Shown here one piece after another: positions 41,901 to 56,500 of a stretch of 64,000 bases of DNA (position 1 is the first letter of the stretch; every line of letters starts with the position of its first letter). A model generated the notes under the pieces. That model did not search any database. It was not told the DNA's origin and was given only the letters and a program-made list of their open reading frames with translations. Location: NCBI RefSeq assembly GCF_009914755.1, contig NC_060948.1; one strand, given 5' to 3'. Source of the DNA: the human T2T-CHM13v2.0 reference genome, Homo sapiens. The translations under genes and the position numbers were made by a program.

Positions 41901-44063
41901 GACTTTCTTCACCAAATTAGATAAAACCACTTTAAATTTCATATGGAATTAAAAAAAGAGCTCATATAACTAAGACAATCCTAAGCAAAAAGAACAAACC
42001 TGGGGGCATCGCACTACCTGACTTCAAACTATACTACCAGGCTACAGTAATGAAAGCACAGTACCGGTACCAAAACAGATATATAGACCAATGAAACAAA
42101 ACAGAGGCCTCAGAAAAAACACCACGCATCTACAACCATCTGATCTTTGACACCCTGTCAAAAACAAGCAATGGGGAAGGTATTCCCTATTTAATAAATG
42201 GTGTTGGAAAAACTGGCTAGCCATATGGAGCAAACAGAAACTGTACCCCTTCCTTACACCTTATACAAAAATTAACTCAAGATGGATTAAAACTTAAATG
42301 TAAAACCTAAAACCATAAAAACCCTAGAAGAAAAACTAGGCAATACCTTTCAGGACACAGGCATGGGCAAAGACTTCATGACTAAAACATCAAAAGCAAA
42401 TGCAACAAAAGCCAAAATTGACAAATGGGATCTAATTAAACTAAACAGCTTTTGCATAGCTGTTGGGGAAAGGCTTATGGAGTGCCTGTATAAACTGGCC
42501 ATAAAAATATGGGACAATAAGTTGTGGAAAGCCATAAAAGGGCTCTGAGGAGGAAAGCTTTCTTATCACCATTATGTTCCCATGCTCTAAGCAAGACCTG
42601 CTCTCTTACCTAGAAACAGTGTGTTAAAGGAGAAAGACACTCCTTTGAAGCACTGGAATGTGGCTGGACATGCAGCCTCCTAGTTCAGCCTGCTCCCACC
42701 AGCCGCTCTTCAGTAAGTTAAAGATATGCTGATTGAGCACAAAAGAGATTCACTTAAACTGCCACTGCTATAAGATTATGTGTATGACGCACTGCCTCCC
42801 TTTCACCGTTTCGCCCTGAACGTCTGCTTCTTAGATCTAAGTGATTGTACTCAACAGTGTGGAGACCAGAGCTCTAAGCCTTTGCAGCCTCCACATTTTG
42901 CACTGGCCCCCTGGCTCCCACCTTTATGAACTCTTGTCTCTTCTCATTTCTTTGTCACCATTGAACTTCAGGTACCCACGGGTGGTGATGAGGCTGGACC
43001 CCAACACGCAGCAAAAGAAACTATCATCGGACCGAACAGGCAACCTACAGAATGAGAGAAAATTTCTGCCATCTTTCCATCTGACCAAGGTCTAACATCC
43101 AGAGACTACAAGGAACGTAAACTCATTTACAAGAAAGAACAGCCTCATCAAAATGTGGACAAAAGGTATGAACACTTCTCACAACGAACTTAAAACAAAT
43201 TTGTAAGAAAAAACCAAAAAGCTCCATCAAAATTGGGCAAAGGGTATGAACAGAAACTTCTCTAAAGAAGATATTCATGCTGCCAACAAACATGAAAAGC
43301 AGCTCATCATCACTGGTCATTAGAGAAACGCACATCAAAACCACAATGAGATACCATATCACAACAGTAGGAATGATGATCATTAAGAAGTCAGGAACAA
43401 CAGATGCTGGCGAGGCTGTGGAGAAATAGTATGCTTTTACACTGTTAGTGGGAATGTAAACTAGTTCAACCATTGTGGAAGACAGTGTGGCGATTCCTCA
43501 AGGATCTAGAACCAGAAATACCATTTGACCAAGCCATTCTATTACTAGGTATATACCCAAAGGATTATAAGTCATTCTACTATAAAGACACATGCACATA
43601 TTATTGCAGGGCTATTTACAATAGCAAAGACTTGGAAGCAACTCAAATGCCCATCAGTGATAGACTGGATAAAGAAAATGTGGCACATATACACCATGGA
43701 ATACTATGCAGCCATAAAAAGCATGAGTTCATGTCCTTTGTGGAGACACGGATGAAGCCTGAAGCCATCATTCTCAGCAAACTAACACAGGAACAGAAAA
43801 CAAACACCGCATTGTTTACACTCCTAAGTGGGAGTTGAACAATGAGAACACATGCATATAGGGAGGGTAACATTACACACCAGGGCCTGTCAAAGGCTGG
43901 GGGCAAGGGGAGGCAGAGCATTAGGACAAATACCTAATGCATGCAGGACTTAAAACCTAGATTACAGGTTGATATGTGAGGCAAACCACCATGGCACATG
44001 TGTACCTATGTAACAAACCTGCACATTCTGCACATGTATACTAGAACTTAAAGAAAAAAAAAA
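38939..44063 (+). mobile_element. L1PA7/8-like element with 5' UTR and poly-A, internally deleted, antisense to UTY
   Basis: 5' UTR start (atggccaaataggaacagctcc...), ORF1 start near 40175, ORF1-to-ORF2 deletion junction near 40700, RT motif [13 protein letters not shown], 3' UTR and A-tail; many stops. Confidence 0.88.
42461..43006 (+). mobile_element. Solo class II (HERV-K) LTR, LTR14/HML-10-like, inside the L1
   Basis: TGTTGGG...CCCAACA inverted ends, 546 bp, 6-bp TSD catagc / cgcagc (both one change from L1 cacagc). Family name from recall. Confidence 0.72.
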
Positions 44064-44266
44064 CAACCCACAACTTTCAACATAATAAATTTCCTTATGA
44101 CAAATTTAAACATATAAAACAACAAAAAAAATTGTTGTTTTATATGAGTGACTCTATAAATCTTTTGAGCATGTTACATTTCTTAACATATCACATCACA
44201 TTTTATTTGTCTCATCTGGCCAGTAGTTGACCATTTTCATTTTGTGAAGAATTTTCCCACACTAAC

Positions 44267-45039
44267 CTGCATGCTTTCAGAACTTCTGTTGAACTGGGGC
44301 ATATAGACACTGACATTGATGGTAAGATCTGAGAAGTAGATCTGTGGCTAGCTAAAGGCAGGTCTACTTTTGTAGAGCTCTGTGACTTCCCCAGCCCCTC
44401 TCCATTGACTGTGTGTAATCCACTGTGAGGACTGTTAAGGCTGGTAACACTGTTTATGCTTCTCTGCTCAGTGGATTTAGGAGAAGGTGTTGCTGTGGAA
44501 ATGGCTGAAGAGGGTGAAGAGGCAACAGAATGATCAGTCTTTGTATGAACAGCTGGGTGAATATTATTCACTTTGTCACAGGTTCCAGTACCCACATTGC
44601 CATTGGCTTTTCCAATCAACAAAGCAGAGAGCTGAGGATTGTCTGCAATTAATAAATTTGGTGAATCTCCATGGTTAGGACTGGAAACAGCATCTGCTAT
44701 CAACTGATGAACATGATTAGAAAGTCCCTTGACATCAGCACAGCCATTAGATGTGTCTCCAGTATGCCTGCTTGTTTCAGGCACCAAGGATCTATTTTTT
44801 GAAGGCTTGCTCTCTTTGGTAAACATAATGCCTTGTTGTCCACCTGAGGTAGCAGTATGACAGGAGAGGTGACTGTCAGCATCCCCCTGTGGTACTGAAT
44901 TACTAGGCAGAGTGAGATGTTCATTCGCCTTCTTAATACCAGTGCTAGTTGCCTGGTGATACTGGGCTGACCCAGTGGAAAACAGAGGTTGTTCTTCATT
45001 AGGTCCTGACAAACATGAACTCTGACTTTTATGAAGCCC
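44267..45039 (-). CDS. UTY: UTY coding exon, 773 bp, Ser/Thr-rich linker (exon 17 equivalent)
   Basis: Acceptor poly-T-ag|GGGCTT, donor GCAG|gttagt; [20 protein letters not shown]...[10 protein letters not shown]; matches ORF 44212-45012. Confidence 0.96.
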
Positions 45040-45369
45040 CTAAAAAAAAAAAATTGAAATTTAATATCATGGGAGCTGAAATGCATATACAGAAAACTCT
45101 TGAGGATTAAAATGTTAAACACAAAGCCACCATAAATAAACTAAATTTTGTGTAACATAATTGAAGCCAAATCTCAAAATCATTTAAAAGTTCCCGTAAT
45201 CAACAGATTAAAGTGGTTAGTATTTTTAGAGAAAATGATCTAACCTGCCAGCTTAATTTCATTTACTAATATGTGAACAATTTTCTTCACATTAGGCTTT
45301 TTAAAGTTTAAATTGTTTAATTCTGACATACATTTTTAGCTGAATAAAAGTGTATCTCAAAATTTAGAT

Positions 45370-47356
<1,987 letters not shown>

Positions 47357-47920
47357 ACAAATGTTAATCCTATCTACAGAGCACCTTCACAGAACATTGA
47401 GTGAAGAAGGAATCAACTATAACCTAATAGTAGTAGTAATGGAAACTTTAAAATCCTCTTGAAGTTGCTGCAAAGTGTGACCCCCACCTCACGCTCAAGT
47501 TAAAAGAGAACATTTAAAGCCTGTCTTCTCTTTGTGATCAGTGGACCTTATCTATACTCCCCAACTCCACATTCCTCAAAGTTTATTACAGGCCCAGCAA
47601 GTTCCTGCTTACTTCCCTAGCACGGCTGCAGGGTCTTGTGGCTGCAGGGTCACAAGACCAGTAAGTTTAGGCTGCAAGATATGTTTTTCTCAAGATGTAA
47701 GAAATGTTGTAATGCTTGATTAACAGCGTTAGCTTCTCACTTCTGTAACTTGCTTCCCGCATCACACAGTTCCTGCCTTTAGATGTTTAAAGGTAGGAAA
47801 AACCCTTTGTTTGGGGCTCAGGCTTTTTGGACATATGTCTGGCTGAGCCAGTGATAACCTTAATAGACTGTCTCGAACCTTTTTTGGTCTCTCCAGTCTT
47901 TGATTGTCCTGAAACAGTTC

Positions 47921-47939
47921 TGGGGGCTTTGTCTGGGAT
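47921..47939 (+). promoter_or_regulatory. Primer-binding site, tRNA-Pro-like
   Basis: tgggggctttgtctgggat resembles TGGGGGCTCGTCCGGGAT and lies 4 nt after the 5' LTR. Confidence 0.7.
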
Positions 47940-48623
47940 TGGAGATGGCAGATTTTCTATCTCCTTTGCCAGTGGGCTAGAGCCCTGGGGTCCTTAGCAC
48001 CACCAGGAGAGTTTCAGCCCAGAAGGAGAATGGCCCTCCCATATTCCAGAGACTTCCCCTGACAGCACAAATGGAACAGGTAGAAAGTGTTGCAGGACAG
48101 TCACGGAAGCAGTGCACAGACATCTAAACCGTGCTAAGGATTGGGCCATAAGGCAAGACCTGTCCCATAAGGATGGAAAGGCAGCCGGATTACCTCCCAG
48201 GGCGTGATGACTAGTCTGACCCAAGGGGGCTGGGAACATCAGGAGAGGCTCCACTGACCCAGATGAAACTCACGCCCTAACTGATACCAGATGTGGGTGG
48301 AGCTCACAAGTTGGTCAGAAAGGAAAACTGTTTCAGGAATGCGGGAGGTGTGTGAAAGTGTGTGAAAGAGACGGTCTCGGGAGAGACCAACACAGGGCGT
48401 GATGTGGTGAAGCACAGATCTGTTAGCAGGGACTGTGTGCTCTGAGGCAAGTGTGAGAAAAACCAGACCTAGGACACTGCATATGGCCCATAGGACCAGT
48501 TCCACGGCTGCAGTGAGCTGTGACAGGAATTAAGGTACGCTCCTGGCTAAGCAGTGTCCAAACCTCCCATAATAGGATCTGGACTGGTGGATGCAAAAGT
48601 GAAAGCGTGCTGTGAGTGGGGAA

Positions 48624-50346
48624 GTGGGAGGAAAAATGTCAAAGCCTACTCCACTGGAGTGCATGCTGAAAAACTTTAAAAAAGGTTTTAATGGTGATTA
48701 TAGGGTTAAACTAACTCCACAGAAACAGAGAACCCTTTGTGAGATAGATTGGCCGTCTTTTAATGTAGGGTGGCCAGCCAAAGGGACAACAGACAGGGAA
48801 ATAATTGGCTGAGTGTTCTGGGTAGTCATGGGGCTGGAGAACAGCCTGGGTACCCGGATCAGTTTTCGTATATCAACTCCTGGCTAAGTGTAATTCAAAG
48901 TCACACTAAGTGGCTGCAGGCCTGCTTTGGGACCTATTGTAAGACTCTAATGGCCCGGACAAAACCAGGAACCACAGGAAGAGACCGCAAGGCATCAGAA
49001 AAAGAAAAGGAGTCACAGGAAAAGCAGAAAAAACCTGTCCTACAGGCCCCAAATGAAAAGTTAGAAAGTCCACCCCCCCATGCACCAATTTATCCATCCC
49101 TGGCAAAGAGGGCTTAGACAGGAAGGATGCTGCCCTGGCCGCCTCCGGAGATTCAGACTCAGAAGAAAGCACTCCTCAGACAACACCACACAGAGAGGAA
49201 CCACAGTCCTTGCCTGAAAAGCCAAGGGAGAAACTCCAGGGGGATGAGGTAGGCCACCTTAGGTCAGGTCATGCCCAAGCAATGCAGACACCCCTTCAAG
49301 AAACACGGGGACAAATTTATTTAACTGCACAGAATGAAGTCCAAGGGGGCGAACAGCTCTTCGTTTATCAGCCCTTCTCTACTACTGATCTCTTAAATTG
49401 GAGACAACCTACTCCTTCCTATACAAAGAAGCCTCAGGCTCTTATAGATCTAATGCAGTCTATTTTCCTAACTTACAATCCTACCTGGGATGATTGCAAA
49501 CTTCTTCTGTCATTATTTAATACAGAAGAGCGCCGTAGTTATACAAGCCGCTCTCCAGTGGCTGGAGAACAATGCGACCGCAGGCACAGGAGATATCAGG
49601 CTGTATGCATAAGCACTCCCGATAGAGGCTGACCCAGACTGAGACCCTAACCAGGCTCAAGGGCTACAAAGTTTGCAACGGTATTGAAAGACACTCCTAA
49701 ATGGAATAAAGGCTGAAGGGGAAAAGGCCACCAATATCAAAAAGGTCTCAGAGGTCCTCCAGAGCCAGATGAAAGTCCCAGTGAATTTTATGAGAGGCTC
49801 TGCAAGGCTCAGCAACTTTACACGCCATTTGACCCAGAGGCTTCAGGTAATCAGTGTATGGTTAATGCAGCATTTTTAAGTCAGGCACGAGGAGACGTAA
49901 AGCAAAAGCTTCAGAAGTTAGGTTTTGAAGGCATGAATATTATCCAGCTTATCCAAGTGGCTACTAAGGTGTTTCTAAATCAGGATGAGGAGGCCAAGAG
50001 AAAAGCTAGATGCAGAGCTAAGGAAAAGGTAGACTTGATGGCGGTGGTCTTAGTTGGAGGAGAAACTAATTTTGTGAGAGGACATGGCTGTGGTGGAGGA
50101 CAAGCAAGGCAAAACCAGGAAGCTAAGCCAGGACAAGAGGGCTGACCTACGCTTGAGAGAGATCAATGTGCGAGAGGCAAGCAGATGGTACACTGGAGAA
50201 TGAATACCCAGAAAGAGAAAAGTATAAAGGCAACAATCAGGGACAAAATGGCTGGCCAGAACCCCCTGCTGACGGTCAAGGGGTTCACAAGTCAGACACG
50301 GATTTAATTAGACTGGCAGGAATCAATGATTATTATGAGAACTGAG
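48624..50346 (+). pseudogene. ERV gag remnant
   Basis: MA-like KPTPLECMLKNFKKGF, CA-like YQPFSTTDLLNW; multiple frameshifts and stops. Confidence 0.85.
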
Positions 50347-53300
50347 ACAGACCACGCTCCATTTCATTAGGCCCTGAGGAACCTACGGTCTCAATGGAGG
50401 TAGGGGGCAGGAAAATGCACTTTGTAGTCGATACTGGTGTGGAGCATTCGGTAGGAACTCAAGCAGTTGGACCACTGTCTAAAAATTATGTCAATATAAA
50501 TGGGGCTGCAGGAGTAACAGAAAAGAGGCCTTACTTCAAATCTAAAAGATGTGTGACTGGAGGACAGGAAGTCCAAAATGAATTTTTATATTTGCCAAAT
50601 AGTCTGGTGCCCTTGTTAGGAAGAGACTTGCTCCAGAAATTGCAAGCACAAATCTCCTTTACCCGAGAAGGGGACATGACTTTAAACCTAGGTCAAAGAA
50701 AAGCCATGATAATGACCCTTACCATCCCCACAACAGAGGAATGGAGACTACGAGAGATGCAAAATTTGTAAAGATGCATTTTGCAAGTGGGAAAATGAGG
50801 CAATGTATAAGGAATTATTTATCAGGCTGCCAGGGGTGTGGGCAGAAGACAATCCCCAGAGCTAGCCATAAATCAGGACCCCACAGTGGTGGAACTGCTG
50901 CGGGACACCAGTGCGAATCGGTCAGCATCCCATCCTAGCAAAGCCACCCATGGGATTACAAAGGATACAGTTCAGCTCCTTAAATCTGGATAATAGAAAG
51001 ATGTGCCTCTTCTTGAAACACTCCATTACTACTGGTGTTAAAGCCCTCTGGAGATTACCAGACGGTACGGGATTTGCAGGCCATATATAAACTTGCAGCT
51101 ACATCACATGCCATTGTGCCCAACCCATACACACTGCTTGGGCGAATTCCTGCTGACACTGCTTGGTTTATGTGCTCAGATATAAAGGATGAATTCTTCT
51201 GCATCTGACTAGCTCCTGAAAGCCAGGGCATCTTTGCCTTTGAGTGGGGCTCATCACAGTATACTTGGACCAAACTCCCCCAAGGATTTAAAAACTCCCC
51301 AACCATTTTTGAGGACACACTTGTCTCAGACCTGAAGGCTTTCATGCCACGAAGTGGCCGCTGTGTCCTGTTGCAGTACATAGATGATTTATGCACCTAC
51401 AAAAGAGTGCTTTCAAGGTACAGAAAAGCCTCCTTGATGTTCTGTGGGAGGCTGGCTATAAGGTCTCTAAGGAAAAGGCACAAATCTGTGGCCAAAGAGC
51501 AAGGTATCTTGGCTTTAACCTCTCTCAAGGGCAGCTTGAGTGTGGACGTGGGCGAAAAGAGACTGTTTGTAGCATTCCTTGACCTGACGCTAGACAAGTG
51601 TGGAAGTTTAAACGGGCAGCTGGTTTCTGTCGCATTTGGATTCCATGTTACTTGCTCTTAGCAAAACCACTGTATGAGGCTACCAAAGTGGCGGAAAACA
51701 ACCCCTCCTGTGGGGAAAAGAGCAGGACATGGCCTTCAAGGAAATCAAGAAGGCTTTGATCCACGCCCTGGCATTAGGACTGCCAGACATGACAAAGCCT
51801 TTTTACGTGTATATCTATGAAAGAAAAGGAATATCTATAAGAGTCTTGGTACAAACACTAGGGTCATGGTATTGGCCCGTGGCATGTTTGTCCCAGCGAC
51901 TAGACTTGGTGGCTATGGGATGGCCTCCCTGTTTCAAGGCAGTGGCAGCCACTGCCCTGTTAGCAGAAGATGCTAACAAGCTCACATTTGGACAGAGGTT
52001 GATAATTCAGGTGCCCCATACGATCGTCACCCTGATGGGGCAGAGGGGGCATGGCTGGCTTTCTAACCCTAGGATGTTAAGATATCAAGAACTTTTGTGT
52101 GGAAACCCCTACATAATCCTGGTGACTCTGAATACTCTAGATCCACGCACACTGCTGCCAAAAGAGTGGGCAGAGCACAGAAAGCCCCCGTTGTGTTGCC
52201 CAGGTTATCACTGTTGTGTGGAAATGGTAGATGAGGTTTTCTCAAGCCAAAAAGACTTAAAGGACCAGCACTTAAAAAATCCAGATGTGGAATACTTTAC
52301 TGATATGATACTTCAGATATGAAGCAGCTTCAGATATGAAGCAGATATGATACTTCAGATATGAAGTAGCTTCATATCTGAAGGTGTCAGAAGGGCTAGA
52401 TATACGGTGAGGCATTGAATCTAGTGGCTGAAGCCTGCCCTCTGCTGGTCGGAACTTCAGCCCAAAGAGTTGAGCTAACAGCCCTCACTAGAGCATCGCT
52501 CGTGGCCAAAGGAAAGTCAGTAAACATCTATACTGACCCAAGGTGTGCTTTTGCCATTTTGCATTCCCATGGAGCCATATGTAAGGAAAGAGGATTATTA
52601 ACTACTGAAGGAAAGGAAGTCAAAAATAAAAGGGAAATAGAGTTGCTCTTAGAAGCTGCTCTGAAAGAGCTCCAAAAGAAGTAGCAGTCATCCATTGCAA
52701 AGGGCATCAAATGGCAGGAGGTGATGAGGCTAGAGGAAACAGGAAGGCAGACAGAGAAGCCAAAAGAGTTGCAATGATGGAGGTAACTAAGAAGGAAGGG
52801 CAAACCCTTACCATGCCCTTACTAGAGCTTCCCCTTACAGAACCCGCTAACTACTCCTCTAATGAAAAGACCTGGTTTGAGCAGGAGAGTGGAAGTTAAC
52901 AGAAAGGTTGGTGAAAGTTCTCAGATGGGAGGCTTGTCATCCCAGAAGCAATAGCCACCCAGTTCATAAAGCAGTTTCATCAAGGAACACATATGGGAAA
53001 AACCGCATTAGAGACTCTTGTTGGATGGCATTTCTATGTTCTGCGCCTAACTGCCATCACTTGAGCCATTTGTGAGCAATGTTGAACTTGTACCCAAAAT
53101 AATCCATGGCAGGGGCCAACATGGCCCCCAGGGATTCAAGAAACTGGACTACACCCTGTGAAAACCTGCCTGTGGACTTTATCGAGCTGCCTCAAGTTGG
53201 AGGCTGCCGGTACATGCTAGTGTTTGTCTGCACTTTCTCAAGGTGGGTCAAGGCATTTCCCACCAGGACAGAGAAAGCTCGGGAAGTAACCAGGATCTTA

Positions 53301-53970
53301 CTAAAGGGGATTATTCCTAGATTTGGACTGCCTCTAACTTTAGAATCAGACAATGGCCCAGCATTTGTAGCAGATAGTACAACAACTAACAGATGTTAAA
53401 AATCAAATGGAATCTGCATACAACTTATTGCCCACCGAGTTCTGTAAAAGTTGAAAGAATGAAGGAGACACTCAAACAGCTGTTAAAGGTTTTGCCAGGA
53501 AACTTATCTAAGGTGAAATCAGGAGCTGCCCATGGTCCTTCTGTGAGTCAGAGGCACCCTACTAAATTAACTGGGTATTCACCCTATGAGATGGTGTTTG
53601 GCTCACCACCCACAATCATAACTCAGATAAAAGGGGATTTAAAAGAAATTGGGGAATTAACCTTAAGAAGGCAAATGCAAGCCTTAGGTGAGGCCATGCA
53701 GGAAATACAAAGGTGGGTAAGAGAAAGAATACCTGTTAGTCTCATAGATGCAGTACATCCCTTCCAACCTGGAAACTCTGTCTGGGTCAAACAATGGAAC
53801 CCAACCACGTTAGGGCCTTTATGGGATGGTCCCCATATTGTGATCTTGTCTACCCCCACTGCTGTTGTTGCAGGTATCACACCTTGGGTTCATCACAGCC
53901 AGCTGAAACCAGCAGCGACCACAACTCAGGACCCGCGGCCAGTCAACAAAACCCAGACTACCCAAAACAG
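50347..53970 (+). pseudogene. ERV pro-pol remnant
   Basis: VVDTG, RT YIDD, PALGLPD-like connection, RNase [20 protein letters not shown] and SDNGPAF, WDGPHIV; fragmented. Confidence 0.88.
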
Positions 53971-54259
53971 TTGATCCTGCGGCAAAACTATGCCACTGCT
54001 GACAAGGATAACTGCCCTGCTCTGACCATACCGGAGGCTGGTCAGTCCAAGCACAGCTGAACCTTAGGGAAACACTGAGCCCTGCTCTAGTCAGACAACT
54101 GGAAGCTGACTAGTCTATGCATGGCTGAAGCCTGAGGAAGTCAATAATAGATAAGTAAATGTGGACTGAATTTACAAGCATAATTAAATTCTTGTACTGA
54201 TTATTTTACTGTCATGTTATCTTTGCAAATGCTGCCAAGCTTTTTGCCCAGAAGGGTGC

Positions 54260-55712
54260 CCATGCACAGTATAAGTTTAATCATATTGGTAATACTGAAG
54301 TCACTGACACTTTCACCTATGGTTATAAAAGGGGACCAAGATGACTGTCATCACTGTATGATAGAAGCCTGGTCCAGAAAAGGTATGACTAAAACTATGT
54401 TATACCAGACCTACTATGAGTGGACAGGGACTCATACAGGAACTTGTGTCTATAACCAGACTAGTTGGTCTGTGATCGTGGAAACAGGCAGCCCCAAGTA
54501 TGTAATGACCCAGAGTTCGTGCCCTATGACTTTTGGTTTGAAGTCCAAACTGGCAAACCCCTAATGCCATCATATATAAACCCCACAGAAATCAGGGTCA
54601 GTAAACCTGTAAACAAAAAAGAAGTATTCCCTCACTCGCATAAAGGCCCTGTCTCCATACATTTTGATGCCTGCCAAGCTTCACATCTCAGTAAACTAAA
54701 TACTATTGGGACCATCCGTAAAAATCTAGGACAAGAAAGAGTCAGCAGCAGAGCTACCAAGGCTGTAACAGGAAAATCCAAAAAGGAGTGCCCTGATTGT
54801 GATAATCAGTGGACCACACATGAATTTATCAGCACCTATACACAGGAAGGGTTGCTCTATTTGCCAGCCAAGAGGTGAAGATAGGGTGCACAACTGGAAC
54901 TTGCAACCCACTCAATCTGACAATACTAAAGCCAAATATGCCTTTCTGGACTAAAGGGCCTAAAGGGCTACTAATCTTTGATCAGGAAAGAGCACTCCTA
55001 GGACTTCGTATTCCTCTGGTCATTACCAGGAAAACCCAAAGGACCCAAGTTCAAGTTAGCCCAATGCAACACTTTAGGTTTTATACATCTTTCAATGAAC
55101 ACTTTAATCCTGAAGTATCAAAAAATCAAATTCCTCCTATATCAGCTGAAAACCTGTTTGCCCAGCTAGCCGAAAGTACTGCTAACAATTTAAGAGTTAC
55201 TGTATGTTATATATGTGGAGGTACCAATATGGGAGCCTAAGAATTGATGCCACAAGAAAATTTTACCTTACCTGAATTTGTTACAAATTCAATGCAAATC
55301 CAAGTGTTTGGCTGTTAAGGAACCCCATCACTGGAAAATACTGCATCACCCATTGGGACAAGGCCTTTCAGAACCAGGGAGGGGCAACGACTTGCCTAGG
55401 TCAACAATATCTTGCAAAATCCGAAAACAGAACACAATGGGAAGCTTTATAGACAATTCCTCTGTGTCAGACTTTAATCCCTTTTGCAGTTCCCAACACT
55501 ATATCAATCATGTTACCACCGTAATAAGTGGATGCCTACTTATTCCTTGTCTCCTGCCACTTCTCATCAGAAGCATCCAATCCACCACAGAAGCCAACGG
55601 TACACAGACATACCATCACCTGAATAATGGCTCTGCAAAAGTACCAACCGGTATCCCAAGATAAGTATGTACCCACTCAAGAAGAAATAGCTAATTGTGG
55701 TGCACTTTACTA
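54260..55712 (+). pseudogene. ERV env remnant (ERV3-like SU, most of TM deleted)
   Basis: CHHC...TKTMLYQTYYE and AENLFAQLAES...CYICGG motifs; frameshifted; jumps directly to LLIPCLLPLL. Confidence 0.8.
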
Positions 55713-56206
55713 ATCTACATTTGTGTGGGACACCAAAGGGGGGAAATGAAGAAGGAATTAATGAAATCAACTATAACCTATTAGTAGTAGTAGTAGAAAT
55801 TTTAAAATCCTCTTAAAAGTTGCTGCAAAATGTGACCTCCCACCCCTCAACTTACACTCAAGTTAAAAGAGAATATTAACAGCCTGTCTTCTCTTTGTGA
55901 TCAGTGGACCTTATCTATACTCCCCAACTCCACATTCCTCAAAGTTTATTACAGGCTCAGCAAGTTCCTGCTTACCTCCCTAGCACAGCTTCAGGGTCAC
56001 AAGACTGGTAAGTTTAGGATGCAAGACATGTTTTTCTCAAGACTTAAGAAATGTCGTAATGCTTAACTGCCTTTGTTTCTCACTTCTGTAACTTCCTTCC
56101 CACCTCACGTAGTTCTCGCTTTTTAGATGTTTAAAAGTAGGAGGGCCGGGTACGGTGGCTCATGTCTGTAATCCCAGCACTTTGGGAGGCTGAGGCAGGT
56201 GGATCA

Positions 56207-56500
<294 letters not shown>

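Noticed and set aside
40175-43840. Active L1
   Set aside because: Large ORF1-ORF2 deletion, an LTR insertion and many stops.
51729-53974. 197-aa and 193-aa pol ORFs as functional genes
   Set aside because: Isolated connection and integrase fragments of a frameshifted provirus; catalytic domains are broken.
54214-55664. Domesticated ERV3-like or syncytin-like env
   Set aside because: Split across at least four frames with stops, and most of TM is deleted.
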